From: Candidatus Gastranaerophilales bacterium
GTDB taxonomy: Bacteria > Cyanobacteriota > Vampirovibrionia > Gastranaerophilales > Gastranaerophilaceae
Length of the DNA stretch: 64,000 bases
Assembly: GCA_944325085.1 (NCBI GenBank)
Contig: CALUYT010000061.1
Location: forward strand, 29,241 to 93,240
Direction of reading: 5' to 3'
Of this stretch, positions 28,865 to 37,886 are shown one piece after another (position 1 is the first letter of the stretch; the number at the start of each line of letters is the position of its first letter). Both the position numbers and the translations under genes were made by a program. Under the pieces are notes generated by a model. It did no database searches, was not told the DNA's origin, and was given only the letters and a program-made list of their open reading frames with translations.

Positions 28865-29092
28865 TTAGTCAAAAACGTAACTAATAATTGCAGCTTCTCT
28901 TGCTTTTTTAATTGCTTTAGCAATCATTCTTTGGTGTGCTGCGCAGTTTCCAGTAATTCTTCTAGGAATAATTTTTCCAGCTTCTGTTAAATATCTTTTT
29001 AATTTAGCTGCATCTTTGTAATCTATAGAAGTTACTTTATCTGCACACAGACTGCAATTTTTGCGTTTTTTCTTATCTTCTTGTTTTGCCAT
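28865..29092 (-). CDS. rpsR: 30S ribosomal protein S18
   Basis: 75 aa. IDYKD...LKRYLTEAGKIIPRRITG...HQR...AIKKAR is typical of S18. rpsF-ssb-rpsR synteny. Confidence 0.9.
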   Translation of the reverse strand: MAKQEDKKKRKNCSLCADKVTSIDYKDAAKLKRYLTEAGKIIPRRITGNCAAHQRMIAKAIKKAREAAIISYVFD

Positions 29093-29142
29093 TTTTTAAG
29101 TTTGCCTTTCTAGCCTTATATTATTTCTACTCTAAATTTAGT

Positions 29143-29556
29143 TTAGAATGGTACTTCTTCATCATCCATCAAAACATCTGTATTATTGTCTGCTGATGGT
29201 GCTTCCATTTCTCCAAATGTAAGAATATCTCCATCATCATTTGAATCTGTATTGTTAGAAGATCCACTCATAAGTTCAATAGTAGCAGCTTCAATTTCAA
29301 ACACTTTCTTTTCAGTACCATCGTCCATTTTGCTAATACCATTTTGTAATCTGCCTTCAACAAGAACTTTTTGGTTTTTAGTTAAATTTGAAACTACATC
29401 TTCAAGATTTTGTCTTTTTGATATAACTCTAACTAATGTTTCTTCTTGAGTGCCTATATTTAGTACAAAAGACGATACCGCAACATTATTTGATGTAAAT
29501 CCTGTTTTTGGTGTTTTATATACTATGCCTGTTACTACTGCTTTTGCTAATGTCAT
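29143..29556 (-). CDS. ssb: Single-stranded DNA-binding protein
   Basis: OB-fold N-terminus, disordered linker and acidic tail ending DDEEVPF. Located between rpsF and rpsR. Confidence 0.85.
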   Translation of the reverse strand: MTLAKAVVTGIVYKTPKTGFTSNNVAVSSFVLNIGTQEETLVRVISKRQNLEDVVSNLTKNQKVLVEGRLQNGISKMDDGTEKKVFEIEAATIELMSGSSNNTDSNDDGDILTFGEMEAPSADNNTDVLMDDEEVPF

Positions 29557-29583
29557 TGTGTTTTCCTTAACTGTATATTACAA

Positions 29584-29883
29584 CTAAACTGAAGCTTTTG
29601 ATGAAACTTCCATAAACATTATTCTTAAAATGTTATCATTTAGTCTTAATTGTCTTTTGAATTCTGCAACTTTATCAGCTGGTAATGCTAATACCATAGT
29701 TGAGAAGAATCCATCTCTGAAGTTTTGGATTTCATAAGCTAATTTTTTTCTACCACTTTTGTTTGTAGAAACTACGTTTCCACCAAATTCAGCAATAGTA
29801 GAACTGATTTTTTCTATAATTTTATCAACTTCTTCAGCATCTAAATTTGGCTTGAATATAGTCATTAATTCATAATTTTTCAT
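29584..29883 (-). CDS. rpsF: 30S ribosomal protein S6
   Basis: MKNYELMTIFKPNLDAEE... is typical of the S6 N-terminus. 99 aa. Confidence 0.9.
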   Translation of the reverse strand: MKNYELMTIFKPNLDAEEVDKIIEKISSTIAEFGGNVVSTNKSGRKKLAYEIQNFRDGFFSTMVLALPADKVAEFKRQLRLNDNILRIMFMEVSSKASV

Positions 29884-29947
29884 TTATTTTTCTCCTTTTA
29901 CTATTTCTCTAGTGTATGGTTTGATTTTACCATGAAAATAGAAATTT

Positions 29948-30784
29948 TTACAACATGTAATCTGCTGTAAAGCTATATTGCGCAGGTCCTATCAGATAGA
30001 TATCTTTATTAGGATTCTCTTTATTTCCGCACCATTCAACGCTTACAGCCCCTCCAAGCAAGTTAACCTTTACTTTTTGTTCTGTTAAGTTATTTAAAAC
30101 TCCTGCTACAACGCTTGCGCAAGCTCCTGTTCCACAAGCTAATGTAATTCCGCAACCTCTTTCGTAAACTCTCATTTCAATTTCATTCTTTGAAATTATT
30201 TTTACAAATTCTGTATTTGTTTTTTCCGGAAAGTATGGGTGGATTTCCATATCAGGTCCGTAGTTTTTTGCTAATTCCATAGGGTCTTCTTGGGTGAATA
30301 TTATACAGTGTGGATTTCCCATAGACACAGGAGTAATATCAAATTCTTTACCTTTTACGTGTACTTTTTTCTCTCCAATAAAAGGAATTTTAGCATCATC
30401 TAATATTGGAGTTCCCATATTTACTTTTACAGTTCCATTATCTAATATTTCAGGTTTTATTATTCCTGCAAGAGTTTTTACGCTGAATTGCTTTTTATTA
30501 ACCAATTTTTTGTCATAAACATATTTTGCAAAACATCTCATACCATTTCCGCACATTTGAGCAGTTGAACCGTCAGAATTGTAAAAATACCAAGCTATGT
30601 CTGTTTCATTGTTAGGCTCTGTGTTTGGAATAATTAAGCCATCAGCACCAATGCCAAAATGTCTGTCGCATAGTTTTTTCGCTAATTGATCCATTGGCAA
30701 GTTGCTTTTTTTATACTCATCATAATCTAAAATTACAAAATCATTTCCGCAACCTTGCATTTTTGTTATTTTAATTGTTGTCAT
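29948..30784 (-). CDS. dapF: Diaminopimelate epimerase
   Basis: KMQGCGNDFVILD, the two catalytic-Cys contexts GNGMRCFAKY and ACGTGACA. 278 aa. Confidence 0.9.
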   Translation of the reverse strand: MTTIKITKMQGCGNDFVILDYDEYKKSNLPMDQLAKKLCDRHFGIGADGLIIPNTEPNNETDIAWYFYNSDGSTAQMCGNGMRCFAKYVYDKKLVNKKQFSVKTLAGIIKPEILDNGTVKVNMGTPILDDAKIPFIGEKKVHVKGKEFDITPVSMGNPHCIIFTQEDPMELAKNYGPDMEIHPYFPEKTNTEFVKIISKNEIEMRVYERGCGITLACGTGACASVVAGVLNNLTEQKVKVNLLGGAVSVEWCGNKENPNKDIYLIGPAQYSFTADYML

Positions 30785-30840
30785 AATTCACCGCCTTTTT
30801 GGCTGTATTATAACGCAATTAAGTTTACGGAGCAATAAAT

Positions 30841-31443
30841 TTATGCTTTTACTGATAATGGTTCATATACTTTTGTGTTTTTGGTAGAGTGTTGAGTTTG
30901 GGTTGTTTCTTCTTTACATAAAGGTTTATCCCAATATTCAGCTGCTTTTTTACCAATTTTATTTCCTAGTGTTGATGCAGAAATTGAACCTGCGACAAAA
31001 GTTACACCTTTGATTATTGGTATCCATTTTTTATTGATTGGGAGTTGGTCAAGAATTCCGTCAAGATGTTTTTTCATCCAGCCTTCACCTAAGAACATAC
31101 CGGCTAAGGTTCCAGTTTCTGTGATTAGTGTATTTTTTCTTTCTTCTTTATCTGCCATAGCAACTTTAACACCACTTGAAGCTACAATTAGCGGGTTTAC
31201 ATTGTCGGCAGCAAAGTTTACAACTTTTGTTAGACCTTTAAATAATTTATCTGATTTTGCGATTTCATCAAATGTATTTAAAACAACTTTAGCTTGTTTT
31301 GATAAAGCATTGTTATATTGTGCACTGGCTTTTAATACTCCTGCTGTTTGTCCGATAGATACAGGTAGTCTTCCAATATCGCCATTGGTAGTCTTTTCAC
31401 AGTTTCTGATTGCAAATATTCCTGATGCAACTCCACTATACAT
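30841..31443 (-). CDS. Hypothetical protein with Gly/Ala-rich amphipathic segments
   Basis: 200-aa ORF with normal K-rich composition. The overlapping plus-strand ORF 31010..31453 has S/L/F/P-rich antisense-type composition. GAAAGG lies upstream of the ATG. Confidence 0.55.
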   Translation of the reverse strand: MYSGVASGIFAIRNCEKTTNGDIGRLPVSIGQTAGVLKASAQYNNALSKQAKVVLNTFDEIAKSDKLFKGLTKVVNFAADNVNPLIVASSGVKVAMADKEERKNTLITETGTLAGMFLGEGWMKKHLDGILDQLPINKKWIPIIKGVTFVAGSISASTLGNKIGKKAAEYWDKPLCKEETTQTQHSTKNTKVYEPLSVKA

Positions 31444-31543
31444 AAGACAATAAACCTTTCACACTACTATAACCTACACTTATATAAAGTATTTTTTTTG
31501 TGTGAAATTGCATTAGTGTATAATTTGTTTACATTTTTTAAAA

Positions 31544-32554
31544 TTAATTTTTACAAACTGTTGAAGCTATTTGTGATGCTGTAATTTTTAGGCATTTTAA
31601 TTCTTTACAAGATGTTTGTCTTCTTGCCCATAAGCAAGGTTTTAATTCGCAATTATCGTTGGCTTTAATAGCTATGACTTTATCATTTTTAGGAATTAAA
31701 GTGTTATCATCTGTTGGTCCGAATATAACATATGTTTTAACACCTAAAGCAACTGCTACATGTAATGGTGCTGAATCTGAACATAAAAACTTGTCTGCAG
31801 ATGCAATCAATTCGGCTAATTCTTTTAAGTTTTTGGTTGTTCCATAAAGATTTTCAAAATTTTGTGTACGTACATTTTGCATTATTATATCAATACATTC
31901 TTTATCATCAGGTCCACCGACAAGCATAACTTTTTTACCTTCTGCGACAAGAAGATCTATTGTTTTTGCCCAAGTTTGAGCCGGTATAGTTTTTATGCAA
32001 CCTTTCTGTACACTAAGTTTGCTAACCCCAGGATGGATTAATACTGAATTTGCGATTTTGTCATTTGAAGTTACATTTATTTCCGGTAACTCAGTATTAT
32101 GTGATGTGATTTCTCTAATTAAATCATGGTACATTTTACATGCATATTGGTTTTTATTTAGTGGCATAGCATGTGTTAATAGTATTTGGCTTAATTTGCC
32201 AGTGTTATACCCACAGCGCTCTTTTATTCCTGTTAGGTAAAGCAAAATACTAATTAATTTATTACCACCTGAAGATATTACTATATCAAAATGTCCTTGA
32301 CGTGCTTTTAATATCAATTTACAAAGTTCTATATATTTGTTTTTTCCTTTGACATCAATTAATATTAAATCGTCAATTATATCAGTTAAATCTTTTATCC
32401 CTTTACTTCTTGGTTCAAGAGCTAAAGTTATTTCACTATCAGGAAATTCTTTTTTTAGAGAAATTAATGTAGGGAGAAAAAATATTTCATCTCCAATTCC
32501 TCCAAAGTTTATTGCCAATATTCTCTTTTTCTTATCCATATTTTTATTATACAA
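31544..32554 (-). CDS. Glycosyltransferase family 9 (LPS heptosyltransferase-like)
   Basis: ILAINFGGIGDEIFFLPTL N-terminus, C-terminal SDSAPLHVAVALG motif. 336 aa. Confidence 0.8.
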   Translation of the reverse strand: MYNKNMDKKKRILAINFGGIGDEIFFLPTLISLKKEFPDSEITLALEPRSKGIKDLTDIIDDLILIDVKGKNKYIELCKLILKARQGHFDIVISSGGNKLISILLYLTGIKERCGYNTGKLSQILLTHAMPLNKNQYACKMYHDLIREITSHNTELPEINVTSNDKIANSVLIHPGVSKLSVQKGCIKTIPAQTWAKTIDLLVAEGKKVMLVGGPDDKECIDIIMQNVRTQNFENLYGTTKNLKELAELIASADKFLCSDSAPLHVAVALGVKTYVIFGPTDDNTLIPKNDKVIAIKANDNCELKPCLWARRQTSCKELKCLKITASQIASTVCKN

Positions 32555-32716
32555 AAAAAATACTATTAGGGTATATAGAGAGAAATTTATGTCATGGTAT
32601 TTTTATATTCAATTACATGTATTAGAAAAGCTTTAATAATTTTAAGAGGTTTTCATCTTTTTAAATGATGTTTATAAAACCAGATATTATAGAATAGTAA
32701 TGTAAGAAAGAACGAA

Positions 32717-33553
32717 TTGGGCAGGTTAATGGAACAAGGTTTTGATTTTTCCTCTTATAACAGTATAAAACGCTTATCGGAAGATGAACTCACTGTTTTG
32801 TGGGAAAAATATTTGGCCGATAAATCTGATAAACATTCACGTGATGCATTGATTGTTCAATACATTTATCTTGTCAGATATGTTGTAGGTAGAGTTAAGG
32901 TTTCATTACCTGTTACTATTTCTATTGAAGATATTGCCGGATATGGTGTAGAAGGTTTGATAAATGCTATTGAACGTTTTTCGCCTCAAAAAAATACCAG
33001 ATTTGAGACTTATGCTCTTATCAGAATTAGAGGTTCAATATTAGATAGAATCCGTTCTCAAGACTTTTTACCTCGTAGCGTAAGAAAGAAGATTAAAGAT
33101 ATTAAACAGGCTACAGAAGTATTAAAACAAGAATTAGGCAGAGTTCCAACTAATACAGAGATTGCAAATTATTTAGATATGGATCCTGATAAGGTTAGTC
33201 AAATTATGGCTGAAGATGTTACTGTTACATCTATTTATGATAAACGCGGAAACTCTGATGATAGCATGGAAATTATAGATACGATTGAAGATTCAAACAA
33301 GTTAAATCCTCAAGAACGTATGGAAGAACAAAATGTAAAAACAGATTTGCAAAGAGCTTTACAAAGATTACCTGAGCGTGAACGTGTTTTAATGGTTTTA
33401 TATTATCAAGAAAACATGACAATGAAAGAAATTGGAGAAACTTTAGGTATGTCAGAATCACGAGTTTGCCAATTACATGCTCAAGCTATTATGAAGCTTA
33501 AAAATATTCTTAATGAAAATCGCACATCCAGACTGCAAAAGGCTATTGTTTAA
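32717..33553 (+). CDS. fliA: FliA/WhiG-type RNA polymerase sigma-28 factor
   Basis: Region 2 FETYALIRIRGSILDRIRSQDFLPRSVR and region 4 LYYQENMTMKEIGETLGMSESRVCQLHAQAIMKLK, both characteristic of FliA. Start TTG 32717 or ATG 32729. Confidence 0.8.
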   Translation: MGRLMEQGFDFSSYNSIKRLSEDELTVLWEKYLADKSDKHSRDALIVQYIYLVRYVVGRVKVSLPVTISIEDIAGYGVEGLINAIERFSPQKNTRFETYALIRIRGSILDRIRSQDFLPRSVRKKIKDIKQATEVLKQELGRVPTNTEIANYLDMDPDKVSQIMAEDVTVTSIYDKRGNSDDSMEIIDTIEDSNKLNPQERMEEQNVKTDLQRALQRLPERERVLMVLYYQENMTMKEIGETLGMSESRVCQLHAQAIMKLKNILNENRTSRLQKAIV

Positions 33554-34137
33554 TTTAGGGGATTTTCTTTTTCATAATTTATTATTACAAAATCAATGCG
33601 TTTATTCATTGTGTTTTTGTAGCTTACATTGCTGTTGTAGGGCATAAGTTCTCCAAAACCTATTGAACGAATTTTTTTTGAATTTATATCACCGGTTTTT
33701 ATAAGATATTGTGCAATATTATCAGCTTGAACAGTTGTTAATTCCCAAGTGTTTCTGTATTTTTTATTATTCGATAATATGTAATCTGTATTACTTTCTA
33801 TAATACAAGGTTTATCAAGGATTTTAAGAATTTTAGCTATTTGTATAAGTAGAGGTTTGGAAGAATCTAAGATTTTATCTTCACCTTCTTTGAAAAATAA
33901 TGTGCTGCAAATGCTTACTATTAAGCCTCTTGGAACTCTTGTATAAATTATACAATCCCCTAAGTTAATGTTTTGCTTGAATAATTTTTCTATTTCTGAG
34001 CTTTGAGGATATGTGTTTTGACTTAATTGTCCTATTATTGGTTGTGTGGAATTTAAATTCTGCGCAAAGCATTCTAAAGTACAAAAAAGGACTGTCAAAT
34101 AAATAAAACATATGCTTCTTAATATTTTATTTTTCAT
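33550..34137 (-). CDS. Periplasmic OmpA/MotB-like peptidoglycan-binding domain protein
   Basis: Signal peptide ...LFCTLECFAQN. The C-terminal part (NTDYI...WELTTVQADNIAQYL...IRSIGFGELMP...NKRIDFVI) resembles the OmpA_C-like fold. Confidence 0.55.
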   Translation of the reverse strand: MKNKILRSICFIYLTVLFCTLECFAQNLNSTQPIIGQLSQNTYPQSSEIEKLFKQNINLGDCIIYTRVPRGLIVSICSTLFFKEGEDKILDSSKPLLIQIAKILKILDKPCIIESNTDYILSNNKKYRNTWELTTVQADNIAQYLIKTGDINSKKIRSIGFGELMPYNSNVSYKNTMNKRIDFVIINYEKENPLN

Positions 34138-34198
34138 GCGACAATCCTCTCAATTTAATTTATTTTTAAATTGAGAGAAAAAACTATTAGCTAATAAG

Positions 34199-35413
34199 TT
34201 AAGGTTTTATAATTGCAAGAACATATTTATCAGAAAAACATTTTTGAGCGCATTTTAAAATTTGCTCAGATGTAACATTTTTGATTTCTTCTTTCATTTT
34301 TTCAGCAAAATCAAAACCTAATCCTAAAACTGCAAATTTTGCATATCCACAAGCTTGTTGAAGATTTGTTTCTTCTAAAAATGCGTATTTTCCAATAAGA
34401 TTATTTTTTGCATCATTTAGTTCTTCTTCTGATACTGGAATAGTTTTTATTTTTTCAATTTCTTCGTTAAAACCTTTTAATGATACTTCAATATTATTAG
34501 GTTCGGTTGCTATGTATATCATAAAGTTCCCGGTTAATTTAAATGTTTCATAAGAACTTCTTACAACATATGCTAGCCCTTTTTTATCTCTAAGTTCTAA
34601 AAATAGTCTGGAAGATAATCCGCAGGCACCTAATATAACGTTTAGTAAAACTAATGGTAAATGTTCTTCTTCTCCAAATGTTGGAACTAACCAGCCTTTA
34701 ATTATATGCGCTTGATTTAACTCAGAGCGTTTGATTTCTGTTTTTTTAATTTCGTTTAGTTCAGGTTTAGTTATTAAGAAGTTGTTATCATTAGATTTTG
34801 GTAATTGACCTATAGTTTGTTCTATCTGAGGTAAAATTTCTTCTTTATCTAGTGCTCCAACTATAGCCAAACATTTTTTACTATTTGTAAGGATATTTTT
34901 ATATGCTTCAATAACTTCATCTTTAGTTATGGAATCAATATTTTCTAATATCAAAGACATTGAATTTCCATAATAATGGTTTTCACAAATAGTTTTACAA
35001 TATGCATCCAATACTGTAGCTCTAGGAGAATCTAGTTCTGCAGGTATTTCACATTTTAATTTTAATTTTTCTTTTTCAAATTCGTCAAATGTTGAATTTT
35101 GTATGACATCATACATCAATTCCATAGCTTTTGAGAAATCTTCATTTAAGCAGATTAGTCTGAATTTCAAGTAATTTGGCAAAAATTCACTTGACAGATC
35201 TATTGCATATTTTTCAAATTCGTTTGCAAGAGCTTCTGAGTTATATTTTTTGGTACCTTGTAATAAAAGTCTTGCCATTAGAGAATAAACACCAGGCTTA
35301 ACTTCAGGTTCATTTATAGAAAAATTCAAGCATACAGCTATTCTTGGGGTATTTTCATTTTTTTTATATATATATTCAATGTTATTTGTTAATTTAGCAA
35401 TCTCTTTAGTCAT
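34199..35413 (-). CDS. M16 (pitrilysin) family protein lacking the HxxEH zinc motif
   Basis: M16 two-lobe layout (..LLLQGTKKY.., ..RLFLELRDKKGLAYVV..). The position of G-x-x-HxxEH-x-x-F-x-GT reads GVYSLMARLLLQGT. Confidence 0.7.
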   Translation of the reverse strand: MTKEIAKLTNNIEYIYKKNENTPRIAVCLNFSINEPEVKPGVYSLMARLLLQGTKKYNSEALANEFEKYAIDLSSEFLPNYLKFRLICLNEDFSKAMELMYDVIQNSTFDEFEKEKLKLKCEIPAELDSPRATVLDAYCKTICENHYYGNSMSLILENIDSITKDEVIEAYKNILTNSKKCLAIVGALDKEEILPQIEQTIGQLPKSNDNNFLITKPELNEIKKTEIKRSELNQAHIIKGWLVPTFGEEEHLPLVLLNVILGACGLSSRLFLELRDKKGLAYVVRSSYETFKLTGNFMIYIATEPNNIEVSLKGFNEEIEKIKTIPVSEEELNDAKNNLIGKYAFLEETNLQQACGYAKFAVLGLGFDFAEKMKEEIKNVTSEQILKCAQKCFSDKYVLAIIKP

Positions 35414-35492
35414 TTTAATATCTCCGTATAGGTTTATACTATCACGGTTTTATATAAAAGACAAATTATTGAAGTTGTGATATACTGCACAT

Positions 35493-37019
35493 ATGGTTAA
35501 TAGAGTAAAAACGGCTACTTTAATTGGAATTAATGCATATGAAGTTTGTGTGGAAACTGATGTTATAAATTCATTACCTTCAATGTCAATTGTAGGTTTG
35601 CCTGATGCATCTGTTAATGAAGCTAGAGATCGGGTGAAATCAGCTATAAAAAACTCAGGTTATACATTTCCTTCAAGAAAAATTGTAATAAATCTTGCTC
35701 CTGCGGATTTGAAAAAAGTGGGGACAGGTTTTGATTTACCTATTGCTGTTGGAATTTTAACAGAAGAAGAAGTTTTTGATTATGAAAAAATTAAAGACTA
35801 TGCTTTTATTGGGGAATTGTCTTTAGATGGTACTATCCGTAGTGTAAATGGTGTATTATCTTTAGTTTTAGGATTAAAAGAAGCCGGTATTAAAAATGTG
35901 ATTGTACCAAAAGCAAACGCTAAAGAAGCGGCTTTAAACGGTGAAGTTAATGTATATGGTGCAGAATATTTAAGTGATGTAGTAAATCATTTTACAGAAA
36001 ACTTAATTCCAAAAACAACAGTTAATATAAATGAATATTTGAAGAATTCAATTGTTGAAGATACAGGTTATGATTTTAAGAATGTAAAAGGGCAGCATAA
36101 GGCTAAAAAAGCTTTGGAAATTGCAGCAGCTGGTGCTCACAATTTATTAATGCTAGGTTCGCCAGGTTCAGGTAAAACTTTAATGGCTAAGTGTTTACCG
36201 TCAATTTTACCGCCTTTAGAATTGTCAGAGGCTTTAGAATTAACCAAGATATATAGTATATGCGGACTTTTATCTTCTGATGAACCGTTAATGACAAAAC
36301 GCCCATTTAGAATGGTTCATCATACAGCTTCTGCAAATGGAATTATTGGAGGTGGAAGTTCTCCAAAACCCGGTGAGATAACTCTTGCTAATCGTGGTGT
36401 TTTATTTTTAGATGAAATGGTTGAATTTCCAAGACAAGTTTTAGAAGTTTTACGACAACCTTTAGAAGATGGCGAAATTGTTATATCAAGGGCGATGCAT
36501 TCTATAAAATATCCTGCAAAATTTATGTTATTAGGAGCAATGAATCCTTGTCCTTGCGGTTTTTTAGGTGATAGAGAAAAACAATGTACTTGCAGTGAGT
36601 ATCAAATAAGCAGATATCGTTCACGATTATCAGGTCCGTTGTTAGATAGAATTGATTTACAAGTTGAGGTACCAAGATTAACTTCTACAGAATTGTTGAA
36701 TTTTAATTCTGAAGAAGAAGATTCTGCTACTATAAGACAACGAGTAATAAAAGCAAGGCAGATTCAGGCTTTGCGTTATAAGGATGAGAATATTCTTACT
36801 AATTCGGAATTGAATTCAGAACTTATTAAAAAATATTGTAAAATAGATGAAAAATCCAAAGAGATATTGAAGGTTGCAATTGTAAAATATCAATTATCAG
36901 GCAGAAAATATGACAGGATTTTAAAATTAGCAAGAACAATTGCAGATTTAGAGGGTTGTGTCGATATTCAAGCTATTCATTTGACGCAAGCTCTTCAATA
37001 TAGATTTGAGCAAGATTAA
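35493..37019 (+). CDS. comM: YifB/ComM family Mg-chelatase-like AAA+ ATPase
   Basis: Lon-like N-domain, Walker A GSPGSGKT, LFLDEMVEFPRQVLEVLRQPLEDG and RLSGPLLDRIDL. 508 aa. Confidence 0.9.
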   Translation: MVNRVKTATLIGINAYEVCVETDVINSLPSMSIVGLPDASVNEARDRVKSAIKNSGYTFPSRKIVINLAPADLKKVGTGFDLPIAVGILTEEEVFDYEKIKDYAFIGELSLDGTIRSVNGVLSLVLGLKEAGIKNVIVPKANAKEAALNGEVNVYGAEYLSDVVNHFTENLIPKTTVNINEYLKNSIVEDTGYDFKNVKGQHKAKKALEIAAAGAHNLLMLGSPGSGKTLMAKCLPSILPPLELSEALELTKIYSICGLLSSDEPLMTKRPFRMVHHTASANGIIGGGSSPKPGEITLANRGVLFLDEMVEFPRQVLEVLRQPLEDGEIVISRAMHSIKYPAKFMLLGAMNPCPCGFLGDREKQCTCSEYQISRYRSRLSGPLLDRIDLQVEVPRLTSTELLNFNSEEEDSATIRQRVIKARQIQALRYKDENILTNSELNSELIKKYCKIDEKSKEILKVAIVKYQLSGRKYDRILKLARTIADLEGCVDIQAIHLTQALQYRFEQD

Positions 37020-37022
37020 AGT

Positions 37023-37478
37023 TTATTTTTTCACTATATTGTTCAAAAACTCTGTTAATAGTTGAATTTTTTGCGAACCGATTGCTGTAAATGTAATTTC
37101 TTCGTTTTGAAGTTTAAGACAAAATTTTGCTTGTTGAAATATTATCATTTTATTATTTATAAAAAATATAACTTTTGGTTTTTGAATTTCAGTTGTGAAG
37201 TTTTTAATTTCTGATAATTCTATTCCAGTTCCATTTATCATTATAAAGTTTTCAATTATTTTTATTTCATCTTTTTTTATTATTTTTTTTATAATTAATA
37301 ATCTTGGTAAATACAATAAAGTAAATATAATTATTGAACTTAGCATTATCAAAGTGGTAATTCTATTTAAAAAATACAAATATATGATAAAGCCTATAAT
37401 CAATAAATACATTATAACAATTCCTGTAACAACCATTGCAGGAGATTCTTCTGTATTTGGTTTAAATATCTCTTTCAT
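37023..37478 (-). CDS. Hypothetical membrane protein (two TM helices plus small soluble domain)
   Basis: 151 aa with hydrophobic helices VVTGIVIMYLLIIGFIIYLYF and LIMLSSIIIFTLLYL. Starts 14 nt after the preceding gene on the same strand. Confidence 0.5.
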   Translation of the reverse strand: MKEIFKPNTEESPAMVVTGIVIMYLLIIGFIIYLYFLNRITTLIMLSSIIIFTLLYLPRLLIIKKIIKKDEIKIIENFIMINGTGIELSEIKNFTTEIQKPKVIFFINNKMIIFQQAKFCLKLQNEEITFTAIGSQKIQLLTEFLNNIVKK

Positions 37479-37492
37479 ACTTGTTTCTCCTG

Positions 37493-37846
37493 TTATTTGG
37501 AAGCTTCTCTTACATCATATTTATCCATTAGTTGATTTTTTTTATGTGAAGAAATTAAAGCACCTAATCCTAAACCTGTTATAATCCCTGCAGGTATTCC
37601 AAAAATTGCCCATAACCAAGAATGTTTTTTTATGCCACCTATCCAGCCAACTATTGAAAAAGCGGCTACAGATAGCATTGTTAAATTTAGAAGTTGTTGT
37701 TCTTGCTTATTATATTTTTTGACAAATTCATCAGCTTTAGATTTATCAATTTCGTAGCTTTGAATGTTATTTGGCCTATCTGGACTTTTTTTGAAATCCA
37801 GTCTGACTTTATTATTTCCTATGTTTGGACCTATTTCTAATCTCAT
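37493..37846 (-). CDS. Hypothetical two-TM glycine-zipper protein (intact paralogue of 4488..4873)
   Basis: 117 aa. A ~55-aa polar head, helices LTMLSVAAFSIVGWIGG and LWAIFGIPAGIITGLGLGALI, then a basic tail. Colinear with the conceptual product of 4488..4873. Confidence 0.6.
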   Translation of the reverse strand: MRLEIGPNIGNNKVRLDFKKSPDRPNNIQSYEIDKSKADEFVKKYNKQEQQLLNLTMLSVAAFSIVGWIGGIKKHSWLWAIFGIPAGIITGLGLGALISSHKKNQLMDKYDVREASK

Positions 37847-37886
37847 AAGCCAATCTTAACTCTCTTTATTTTATTTTTATATTATC

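Noticed and set aside
31010-31453. 147-aa plus-strand ORF overlapping the 200-aa minus-strand ORFan
   Set aside because: Its S/L/F/P-rich, Lys-poor composition is antisense-like. The minus-strand frame has normal composition, a ribosome-binding site and is longer.
31455-31466. Exact 12-mer CCTTTCACACTA shared with 53616..53627, giving TAGTGTGAAAGG in the leaders of two ORFans
   Set aside because: Exact 12-mer repeats are expected many times by chance in 64 kb of AT-rich sequence. The flanks do not align, and the positions relative to the start codons differ (about -10 versus about -55).
34148-34176. Hairpin TCTCAATTT-(11 nt)-AAATTGAGA between the M16 gene and the OmpA-like gene
   Set aside because: There is no U-run on either strand and the stem is all A/T apart from two pairs. 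It is not convincing as a terminator.
37195-37584. 129-aa plus-strand ORF spanning two minus-strand membrane-protein genes
   Set aside because: It is extremely I/F/K-rich and bridges an intergenic gap of the opposite-strand genes. It has no independent support.
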